Positions 23,429 to 50,900 of a stretch of 64,000 bases of DNA are shown piece after piece. The notes under the pieces are model-generated. The model worked only from the letters and a program-made list of their open reading frames with translations. It did no database searches and was not told the origin of the DNA. Every line of letters starts with the position of its first letter. Position 1 is the stretch's first letter. A program made the translations under genes and the position numbers. Source of the stretch: Chrysemys picta bellii (Eukaryota); assembly GCF_011386835.1 (NCBI RefSeq), contig NC_088808.1:19716001-19780000 (forward strand), written 5' to 3'.

Positions 23429-26400
23429 TATTCCCAAATAGCAGGGACTGAAAGGACCTATTTCCATTGCCAAAATATCCAAGGGGTTTCTCCCGTTCCT
23501 TTGCAGCAGGTTTGGGCAAATCCTAAGCCTCTGCTTAGGGTAACCTTAGTTGACAAACACCATTTGTTGGGCCAATTCTACTGTTCGGTGAATCTCTTTT
23601 GTGGGGTCTTTATCTCCCCTGGGGACGTGTCTCCTGCACTCGGTTTCTCAAACACCCTACAAGAGCTAGTGCTGATGCCCAGTGCAGTGAACTCTGCTGC
23701 GACCTCCTGCCACACTCAGGTAGCTGGGACAGTAGGTGTTGCAGAACACCGTGTTAAGGTCCTGGCACCAACCACCGTAAGCCTGGCACTTGCCACAGCC
23801 AATCCATTGGATGCCGAAGACCGTGTTAGGTACATCTTTGCAGCGTCCAACTGATTAATCCTCGCTTTCATCCTGTCCCTAGCTGTTGGTGCTTGAGGAG
23901 GCCGAGGGTAGGAGCAGTTCAGATGGCGCTCTTCATGCAGCTGTGCATTCCCAGCGCTTGCTGGCAGGGACTGATGCCCTAGCCGAAATCTTGTTCACAG
24001 CTGAAATTCAGCTTCTAAGGTCTCTGCCCGGCACTGTTTCATTCTTCCTAGCCTCGACTCTCACCTCAGACACAATTTTGTTTTTGACAAATCAACCTGT
24101 TGGGGATTTTTTTCTCTAAAAAGACACTAAGCATCTGTGATTCTGCTCAGAGACAAAGATGGGAGACCAACCACTCACCCCTTCCTGATGGAATGGCCAA
24201 GTCGTAGGACGTAGCAGGGAACTGAAATGTGCAGGATGCTCTTACCAGAAGTCCTGGGGCAAGCTTTGTACAGATGTCCGTCCCTTACTCGCTCTCCAGA
24301 CAGAGTGAATTCCCCAGCAGTACTTCTAGCAATCTTGCAGCCTAAGGCTTCCTTCAGGTTCTCTGGGCTAGGACAGGTGGGCCTTATGGGGCCAGCTACT
24401 CTTGATGCTGTCCCTTAATGAAGTCAAGTTTCCGTGTCCACTGAGTGGACAAGCTCCATGTGGACTCACTTAGGGATGGCGTAGGAGGGGGAAACGTGGA
24501 GACCTAAAAAACCCAACCAAACCTGCTGTATAGTGTCTTGGTAGGTTTTTATCCAAACACTTAGCCTGATGGCTGCTATAATGCAAACCTCTATGGGGAT
24601 GCTATCTCTCAACAAAATCCCTGGGGTTCGTAAGTGATGCATTAACATGTCAAGAACTAAACTAAAAGGATGAGACAAACCCACAAAGAGACCGGGACTT
24701 TTCTCTGCTCATCCCCTTTGTTTTGCATTACAGCCAGCATCCCTGACTTAGTATATACTCGTGTACTCCACCTGATGGCTTGCTTTTAGCATAAAGCCAG
24801 GTATGACTGGCTGAGGGAAGGGTAGATGTGGCACTTCCTTGGTATTTGTTGCAACACTTTCAGTGCTCAAATGTTCTGTTTAAAATTGTTTTTAATCTAG
24901 GTTTTGTACCTAGACTCTTCGTTGCTGCTCTTGCTTCCTAAGGGCTATACTGTGCTGTTTGACACACTGCACATCCGAAGCATTGACCAAAAGACCGTGC
25001 CTGCCATACAAATGTGTCTCGGAAGATTCGCCTTACTAGGACTGTTAGTGTTAGGTGAAAGCCATGGTGTTGGAGACGTAAAACATGCTGGATGGGAGGG
25101 GTGTATGATGGCCCTGAATCAATGTTTCCTTCGGTGTGAATTTGCCAGCTGGGAAATAGCAGCTAGAGGGATTCCCGGTAACTGAGTTTGACTCTCCTCA
25201 CCCAGCGGTAGAAATGTCGAGCTCCTCAAAGGGAGTAACAGCAGAGATGTTTATGCTCCCTGGGGGAGCAGGCCTTGGCCATGAAAACTCCAGGGATTTG
25301 CTTAGAGGCCTTGTGGGAATGTTGCCTCAAGCTCACCAAGGCAGTGTATCTCTTCATGTCAAGTAATCTGGTGCAATGCATCATCCCCAAACCTCCTGCT
25401 CAGTGGGTGGCATTGGAGATGATGCTGTCTCAATCACTGAATTCCTGTTTTTTCTATAAAGGACACCAAATCGAATGCTTAAAAAGCACTAATGCAGAAC
25501 TGGGAGAAACCAAATAGAGGATGCTGGGAGGCGGTAGCTCCACATGGTTCAGAGCTGTGTTTACAAATGAATATTCGAGCATCCATCTGGTGAAATCTGG
25601 TTTCAGTACAGACCCAGTGGAAGAGAGCAATCCTCCTGCTTTTCAGTTCTGAAATCCAAAGCAGCACTTTCTTTTTTCCTTCCATAAGAATGGCAGACAA
25701 AGCGGCGATGTCATTGAGGCAAACATCCAAGTTCTTGTGGAGATTTCATTCCCTCTTGCCCAACGGCTCCAGTCTAGGGTGAGCAGTTGGGAGGGGAGGG
25801 TGGTCGTAACGGGTGGATATTTTTCTTTGGCCAAAGATGACTCTGTATCAGATGTATAAATCTAAGTCTGTCTGTTTATGACCGAAGTGGGAAAAGAAAT
25901 TGAGCGTGCACAAAGGCCGTTGTCTGCTGTTCTGTTTTTTAGTTGTTTAAACAATGTATGTTTGATCAAATGTACATTCTTATAAAGCAGTTATTTAAAT
26001 AGAAAGTCTTGTGTGGGGTTTATTAGAACCCAGGTTGGGTTGAACTTATTGCCTGGAGGAGCAATGGGTGGGGAGTGTGTACCCAATGTTGTCCGTTTCC
26101 CCTTTGGTATTTGAGTCTCTGTCGCTAGCTACACACTTGTCCCGTGAGCATGGTGAGGTAATGAGCGAAGAGAGCCTTGTCTGGACCAAATCTGTATGCC
26201 GTTTCTGCCGCTTCCACTCTCAAATGCATCACTATTTACTACATGGATACATGTTAGTTGGACATTGATTGTGCACAAAGATTGCATGGCCGTAAGGATC
26301 ACTGCAGAGATCCTGCCTAATTACCAATTTTGTAGAAAATCGTTAGTGTTCTTGTAACCAAGCACTGAAAGCTGGAGTGAGCTTCCTGTTGCTAGTGAGC

Positions 26401-28256
26401 TGGTACGAATGACTCCTGCATCAGGGAGGAAAAGGTGTTTTTTGTCCAAGCTTCTACAGTGAGGACTTGTTTACACAGTGTGGTGTGTGTGGAGCCCTAG
26501 ACAGATACAAATTTTGGATTCGCATCCCATGGGCCAGTTGCAGATGTCTGAGGATATACAAGGTAAGTACCCTCTCCTCCCTATCAAAGCACCGGCAGGA
26601 GATATGAGCAGAAAAGATTTGCTGGTCTTGAGTCACTTCCTTACCAGCCCTTCCCTTCTGCTCCCCTATTTCCCCAGGGCAGAGGAATAGGCTGTAGGCA
26701 CAGCTGGCAGCAGGCCCTCCACTAGGCTCAAGCAGAGCTGGTGACCACTCTAAAGGGTTCCAGTAACTTGAGGGCATCTAGCGTCCATGTTCCTATATAT
26801 GGGTGGAGGGGCTGGTCATGTTCCCTACACAGTTGTTTGTACCCTCAGCTTCCTGGTGGACCCCTTTGCCCCCTTCAGGCAGAGAAGAGATGCTACTGCA
26901 ACTGTTCCCCTTGCCATAGGCAGGAGGTGTGGAGAAATGCAGACATCTCTACCTGCAGCTTCCTACCTGGGTAAGTGTGCATTTACATCAAGTTGCACCT
27001 TGGCTACAAGCACAAGGAAGCTGCTAACCTCCCCAGCCTGCCTCTGGTGCAGCAGTAACTGTGGTGTTAAGCTCCCATGAGTGAAGTCATGACCTAGGGT
27101 AGAATAACACCCCTAAACAACTGGATTCCACTGTGCCTAATTCATGGCTCAGCATCTTGACCAACCAATGACAAGCCCATACCCAAGAGCTGTACAGGAC
27201 ATAACTTTAATACGAAAACTGCACCACCCTGCACAGTGCTTGGCTAATAGACCTCAAGTCTCTGGCAGTTTACAGGTAGGAAAGCATTGTACCATAGACT
27301 CGTTGTTTCTCTAGAAACATTAGGATCTTTCCTCCAGCAGCCTTGAGATAACTATGCAAAGAGGCATGAGCATTGCAGGCTTCACCCAGAGCAACGGGCC
27401 AATGTGCATCCGTTCCTACTTTAAATACAGCAGTTCTGCCACTCCTCCTCCCAGGCTGAGCCAAGACTGGTTTAACTGGCAAAACTGGCTGGTTATCTTG
27501 TCACAGACAAGCAAGTGTGCCAGGCTTCAGTGTGTAAATGAAGCCAATTTTTAAGAAGCAAAGGGATTATATCTATCCTCTTCCCACCCCCTCTAGCATT
27601 TCAAATGGAGGAAGGTTTTACTGACCAGCTTTGGCTTGGTCCATTTTGAATTTCAGGCATGTGTAAAAAGGAGATGGTGGAAAAGCCTAGAAGCAGAATC
27701 TCCCCTCTGCTCTAATAGTGAAGCAATGTGTGATTAGGCAAAACTTTCCACTGGATGTCAGCAAGAGCAAGGTCTGGCTATCTAGTTCTCTAAGAACGTA
27801 GGCTTCTAAGCTAAACAAGCTGCTGCTTGCACAGATCATCTCCTGCTGCTGTACCACACGATTAACTGCTGGCCCAAGATTTCACCTCACTTACAGTCAC
27901 AAACAAATTAAGCACCACATGGTTTCACTTTTAGCAAGTCTCTTGTAGGGTACTGGCTGATGCTGTGCCAGCAGGCCAAGCCCCTGGAAGAAAGCGTTAT
28001 AACCCTGAGCATCTCATAGTTTTTGCCCTTATGGCAAAGGTGTAAGTCCAATTTAAAATCAGTCTCCAAGCAGCTCAATTCTTAGAAAAACACACTAGGG
28101 CCCTTCGTATCAAAATAAGCTCTTTATGGCTCTCTCCCACGTGGTCCTGAAGGCATCATGGCCTCTTACGGCAGGCTGGGTCAAGAGGTGCTGAGAGAGG
28201 AAATCCAGGGTTACCAATCACTCTGCTCCCACAATGAAGTGCTGCTCCTCTTACTA

Positions 28257-44573
<16,317 letters not shown>

Positions 44574-45023
44574 TTCCTGTCCTCTGCTGGCACTTTCTTT
44601 CCTGCTGTGCGATATTGTGTGGCATGAAGGGGTGTCACTCTTTGATGGGAAGCACTGGCTCTTACTGCATGTGTCTCTTCAGTGGGGAACCCTGGAACCA
44701 AAAGAATAATGACCTTACCACGCAGCGTCCTTTCTGGGACGGTGACGTTTCAATGGCCCCCTTTGGGCCTATTGAAAAAGGAGCGCAGGGGAGCAAGGTG
44801 TAGGGCTGCTTTCACGAAGGGACTAGGAATTTCCCTCTGTGCACTAGCAAAGCAATGCGGGATATGCTCTTACAATGACGCAGCGCGAGCGAAGTAGGTT
44901 TTAAAAGTGCAGTGGCAAAAACAATTTCATGGGGACGTTTCTGGCTTGGGACTCAGGAGATCTGGGTTCAATTCCCGGCTCAGCCAAAATCTCCCTGTGT
45001 GACCTGGGGCAAATCACTTAACT

Positions 45024-45339
45024 CAGTGGTTCTCAAAGCCGGTCCGCCGCTTGTTCAGGGAAAGCCCCTGGCAGGCCGGGCCGCTTTGTTTATCTGCTGC
45101 ATCTGCAGGTTCGGCCGATCGCGGCTCCCACTGGCCGCGGTTCGCCGCTCCAGGCCAACGGGGGCTGCAGGAAGGGCGGCCAGCGCTTCCCTCGGCCCGC
45201 GCCGCTTCTCGCAGCCCCCACTGGCCTGGAGCGGTAAACCGCGATCGGCCGAACCTGCGGACACGGCAGGTAAACAAACCGGCCCGGCCCGCCAGGGGCT
45301 TTCCCTGAACAAGCAGCGGACCGGCTTTGAGAACCACTG
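45024..45339. mobile_element. Fold-back hAT (Charlie-like) MITE nested in a MIR-type SINE
   Basis: TIRs cagtggttctcaaagccggtccgc / gcggaccggctttgagaaccactg extending as long imperfect inverted arms. TSD acttaact / acttaagt (7/8). Confidence 0.88.
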
Positions 45340-48300
45340 ACTTAAGTTCACTGCCCCATCTGGCAATGAGGATAATAATAGTTCCTTTGTCTCGTAAGAC
45401 CCTAAGCATTTTGGGGCAGGGACTGGCATTTATTTGTCTATACAGCATCTGGCACAGTCTGGTTATTACTGCACTATTAGTAATATGAGGATAGTGGTTC
45501 CAATGATGGGCTTTAAAATAAACAAACATCACTAATGCCAGCCACCCACTGCTCACGAGTAACCCTACAGTGACAGCAGAGCATGTGCAGCCCAGCCCTC
45601 ATGAGCGAGTCGCCCTGTATGTCTGGCCAACACTCATGACCAACCCTACAATAACAAAGCACCCACGCAGCCTGCAGCTCACAATCACTCTACACAACCC
45701 AGCGTGCACAGCAGCCTTCCGATACCAAACCATTGGGCACGTACCGGCAAGGATAAGAAAAGAAGGTAACAGAGCTGAACCCGAAGGGTGTTCCATGTAA
45801 AAGTGCTTAAAAAAAATTAGAGAGGGTCATTGTTATTTCGCATCTGATTCACATTAAATACTTGTGGGTCAAATCTTCTGCTGGCATAAAACCCCACATC
45901 GCTCCAATGAAGCCAGTGGAGTTACGCTGATTTACACCCTCTGAAGATCTGGCCCCACAAGTTTAAGAAGATTTTCTTTGGCATTAGTGGCACATTTCAG
46001 AATGATACAGCTCAACAAGCCATTTACTCTATTCCTAGTCAGACAGGGAGGCCAGTACAAAGGTCTGCAATATATATGGCATCATAAAGCCGCATGTTTC
46101 TCGCCAAATGAAATCGTGAAATCGGGTCTCCTTCCCTCTTAAACACAAGGGTCCTCTCCAGTGCTTTAGAAGGCTAAATGCTTTCTCTGCAAAGCCAATG
46201 CTAACCAAGTTGGGAATAAAGAGGCATTGATTCTGCTAGACGAGGCAGAGTTCTAGCGGGTCAATAACGATATCTAATTTAAACAATCCGTTGACCTCCA
46301 GGTGATGGAAGTTAAAGGGAGAAAAAAACAAATCAAATACATGACAATGAAAGAGGGCCAGACTTTCTGACTGTACCCTCTGAAACAAACCACTTTTATG
46401 GGGAGACACAAGCTTAATAAGAAACGACCCCATGGAAACGGGGAAATATCACCCTGATATAGCAAGAAGGTTGTAAAAGGGGAAATCAAGGCTGGAAATA
46501 GAATTGCAATGGTCCAGGCTCTGTCATGGCTCTTCTTTAAAAGAATTTCCAGCTCTTCAGCTGATGTCAAACAGTACAGCTCCACTGAAGCCCAGTGCAA
46601 CACCAGCTGAGCATCTGGGTCAAAGCAGAGCAAGGCGGCCGCGTGGCTAATAATGGTTCTGGGGCACAAACCAACCCCTGGTGGGTTGGATCCTCTGTCC
46701 AGGGGTACCATGGAAGAGGTCAAAAGCAGCAAGGAAGGTCTGGAGCAGAGGGGGACACGAGATCCAGAACAGAGGAGGAAGAGCTATAGAAAAGGTCACA
46801 CGGGCCCTCGCTCCAAACACTCTTGCTCAAGGAGCGGCTGGATTAGCTCCGCTACGGCCAAGGAGGGGACTCATATTAGCAGGCAGGTTGTATCCTTGAA
46901 AGGGACAAGTGCAGTGATGCCCAGGCACTGGATTGGGCCCCTCGAGAACATGAGGGAAACGGCCCACAGAAGCAATTGAGAAAGAGACGGTTGGCTTGAA
47001 GCTGGTTAAAATCCTGAGCTCAGTTTCACCCCGACTAGATCCACATATTTGAAGTCACCTGGCCCCAAAAAGCACAGCAGACTCCATCAGAAGGCTGACA
47101 AGCAAACCTCCCTCTTCTTGTAAAGGCACAGAGGCCGCCATTGCATCACCCTATTTTGTCTGATTAATCCTTAATAGTTTGCATTTAGGATCACTGATAG
47201 TCTTGGCTGCCTCCCATGCGCCCCCTTGCGGCCAGGGGCGGGCTGTACAGTGCCCTGCCTCTATGTTCCCCTTCTTCAGGGTTCCTTAAACAACCAACAG
47301 TCCAAAGAAAATGAAAACACCCCCCACCTGGGAGCTCCCTGTATGTATTCACTCCTTAAACACATTCTGACCCAACCCCAGTACAATTCAATGGCTTCCC
47401 AACAGCTGCTTCTTCAAGCCAGCGGCAGCTCCTTCATCTTCTGTTTCCCAAGGAATCCCCCACTTCATTGCAGCCACCTGCTGCTGTTTATAGGGAATTA
47501 CTTGATCCCATTCAGGTGGGGCTCATCTTGTATTCAGGGCTGGCTTATCCCCAGGCTCTCCAGCCCATGAGGCAAGCCACCCCGTTACTGATGCCAAATC
47601 ACCGCCAAGTTGTTTTGTTGTCCCTTTTGGGTGGGGGGAAGGGAAGGGGCCAAAAATCTTTTCCATCCTGGGTGACAAAACACCAGCTCAGATGCTGCAC
47701 AGGCCTTGTGCTGGCTGTCTACACCGAATTTCACCCTCTAGTTAGTTAGTTATGGTGCCGGCCTCCACAAGAAATCAAGCTTCGGTCCATTTACAGACAT
47801 AAGAACGTCAACAACCAATGGAAAAGAAAGAAAACTCTTTTGCACACCTCAACGCAAATGGAGGCATCTTAGAACAGCTTGGGTGGTCTGATGACCCTCC
47901 TAATTCCCTCCGACCTCACCTAAGCTAGAGTATGGTGCAAATTCTCAGTGAAATCATAATCCTCCGTGCCAATGGTATTTCTTCAACGGGACTGAATTCC
48001 ACGTTCTAAATCAAACCCCGAAGATCATCTCAGACCTTTGACCAAACTCCACTGACAGAGGTAAGAGTTTTGCCTGCAGGGGGGTGGCAAAGGACTAGAG
48101 GCCTGGGTCCCGAAGGACACTTTGTTTTGTTCTGTTTTTAAAAATCAAAGAGTCTAAAACAAAATTGTTTTGCCCCCCCCCACCCATCAGAATGTATCTC
48201 CACCTCCACAATGTGTTAAAATCAGGGTTGTTCCGCGTCAGATAAAAAGCCGATCTTGATCAAATTAGAGCTGTTCTACACGTGTTTAATGCACACAGGA

Positions 48301-49599
48301 AGCCAGGACCTCTGAGGGCTGCAGACGACGCCTAATGCTTGTTTGTCAAATTGTAATTTAGCGTTGTCTTTTCTCTGATCGCTTTTCTAAAATGATTGGC
48401 AGCGGTAACAATGCTTTTTCTGTTTATGTCCCAGAAAAATCTTTGTGTGATAAGAACAAAACAAAAAAAACCCCAACACAATACATTTTTGCATAGTCTC
48501 TCTAATCTCAAGTGTGTCTCAAGTTTTATAATGTAAAATATGTTGTTGCTCTGTTCATATAAAGCTACTGTATGGAGCTCTATGCTCCTGAAATGCTAGG
48601 AGGCATCAAAGCCTTGTAATATGAGCATCTGTAGCCAAATATGATTCCAGTGGTTGCATCTGACTTCTATCCAAAACTATATGCTAAAATTCCTGCCCTC
48701 GGAGCTGTTGCCTAAACTACGGCGGGAGCCAACAGAAAACATTTTCACATGTTGTGTGTCAGCTCTGCTACTATCTCCAGCTTTGTAGCTGAAACCCAAG
48801 CACCAGCTAAAGTCTAGTACTGAATCATTGTGTCGGGGGCTATTTTCTAAGTGGCGCAGGAGGGTTCAGCTCTGCAGCTCCCATTCACCTCCGCGAGTGA
48901 AAACGTTCCTGACGGCTCCATTCTGACATTCGTCATGTGGGACTTCTGGGAGTCATGTTCCCATCACGAGAGTGCCTCGATCCTACCTGGGGATGTGTAA
49001 CTCACACTCTTCTGGACTTGAGCAAGAGACAGAGCAACTTTCTCAGGGACCCAACCCCAAACTACTCACAGCAATTCTTCCTCCGGACTGCTGGGCTCAT
49101 TAGTATTCCAGAGGCTGCTGCGGTCGGGTGCTGTGTCGCTGAAATGTCATATTCACTAAGCATATTACGACTAGATCCTGCAGTCAGTGGTGCTAAAGAT
49201 TAGATAGATAGATAAAAATTTCAGATGAGCCCAGCTCAGATCCAAACTTCGCCAAACTTTGGGGTGTCTGGTTAAGAGTTTGAATGAATCTTTTTTTTTA
49301 AATTAACCATTTTTAAAAATAATAGAGATGAATCCAAAGTCTGCTCTTGTGGCGTACAGGGAAGATGGGTCTCCTTCTGCAAGCGCAATAGGATTCGGCT
49401 AAGATTGTCAACCCTGAAGGTCAATCACCCACTTAAGACAACTGTCAACAACCATCAACTTCCTGAACGACAGAGTTGCCCATGTCATGCAGCTCGCGGC
49501 CTCCCCTCCTTTGGGCACTTCGGTCTCAGAGCCGCTAGAGGGGGGCCTTCCCTAAGGGTCAAGCAGACCCCTGGAGCTATTCTGAGCTCCCCTGCAAAA

Positions 49600-50900
49600 G
49601 ACTAGCCAAGTGCTGCAGGGGGTGGGCGCGCGCTGCTGTCCCAGTAACCCAGGGTAACCCTGCTGGGGGGAACCCCATGTCACGGGGCTACACCGGGGCA
49701 GGCCAAGCCACCAGCCCAGCTGTCCGTTTCTTTCCGACTGATCCAGCACCAGGCGTCTGGGATGCCCGGCGCAGATCCTGCTGCTGCTACCTTGCATCTC
49801 TGCAAACTCCCCACCTGGCCCCTTTCGGGTCTGATCCTGCCGCGTTGGGAACCGCTCCTGCAGAAGGGCGCCAGATTTTGCAAATAACCCAGTGCATCCA
49901 TTCCCCCGCCCCGGCCCCCATCACTGCCTTTTTGCAAGAAGGCGGCTTCCCCCACAAATTCCGACCCAGCAGACAGCGCGTGCAAAGAAATCCGAATTGC
50001 AAAGCTGGGGGGGCGGGCGAGGGGGACCTCCACGCACGTGAGTCGACACTTTCCAGCCCCCTGGTCAGAGCGGTTTGCAAAGCCAGGGCCCAGCTATGAA
50101 GTTACAAGCTCCGATTTCCAGCCTACTTACTTTTCCTGCCGGTCCTAGGAAGGCGAATTTGCAGAGAGGGGGAGACCTCCCCGGAGCTCGTCTGCCCCAC
50201 AGTAGCTGCGCGCACGCAGGAGCTCCTGCCCCCATATGTTGCCTCCTTGATGGAGCAGCCAGCGGTGTGTAGCCCCTTTGCATTTCCTCCCCCCCCCCCC
50301 TTGCCGCGTCCCTCTCCTCTTAGTCCAATGAGCTCATGGGAAGGATCAGAGCCGAGCCCTGCACCGCGGGAGTGAAACCCACAAAGCAGTTCAGGGGGGA
50401 CCAAGGAACACGCAACCTGCGGCTGGAAACACCCCCCACCAGGGGGGTGCACCTGCAGCTCCCCCCCCCCCCGCCAGGAGAGGGGGAAATCCTCCCTCGC
50501 CTTTGCACCTGCGCCTGACATTCACCTCCGGGGTTACCGCTCTGGGTCGTCTCAGCAGGGGTCCGGAATCCGGATCGTGGCCTGGGGGTGACTGCAGCGG
50601 GGCGGGGCCGTGCAAAGAGGAGCAGCGCGAAGGGGGATCCCAGCGGGGTGCATGTTCCGCGCGTGCCCCCCACGGTACCCTGAACCGGTTTCTAAGATCC
50701 CCCCCTTTCCCAGGAAAGCAACGCGCGCTCCGATCCAGCCAGTGCCCCCCTAGCTGCGGCTTGCCCGGGGGTGAGTTCTAGGCTCGTGAGCTCCTCCTGA
50801 CCCCTCTGTCAACGCTGAGCCCTGGCTAGGGCCCTTCCGTGCCGCGGCTAGCCCGCCTGCCCGTGCAGAGAGAACGGTGCACCCCGCCGCCTTGCAAACA
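49600..50900 (-). promoter_or_regulatory. CpG island, probable EGFL7/miR-126 promoter region
   Basis: CpG-dense block about 5-6 kb upstream of the first coding exon, with GC boxes, E-box CACGTG (50035-50040) and minus-strand donors GTAAGT (50130-50125) and GTGAAT (50525-50520). TSS not determinable from sequence. Confidence 0.6.

Noticed and set aside
26402-26408. miR-126-3p 7mer-A1 site (GGTACGA) on the plus strand
   Set aside because: It lies beyond the predicted AGPAT2 3-prime end and antisense to EGFL7. A single weak site would matter only if AGPAT2 transcripts extend past 26.4 kb.
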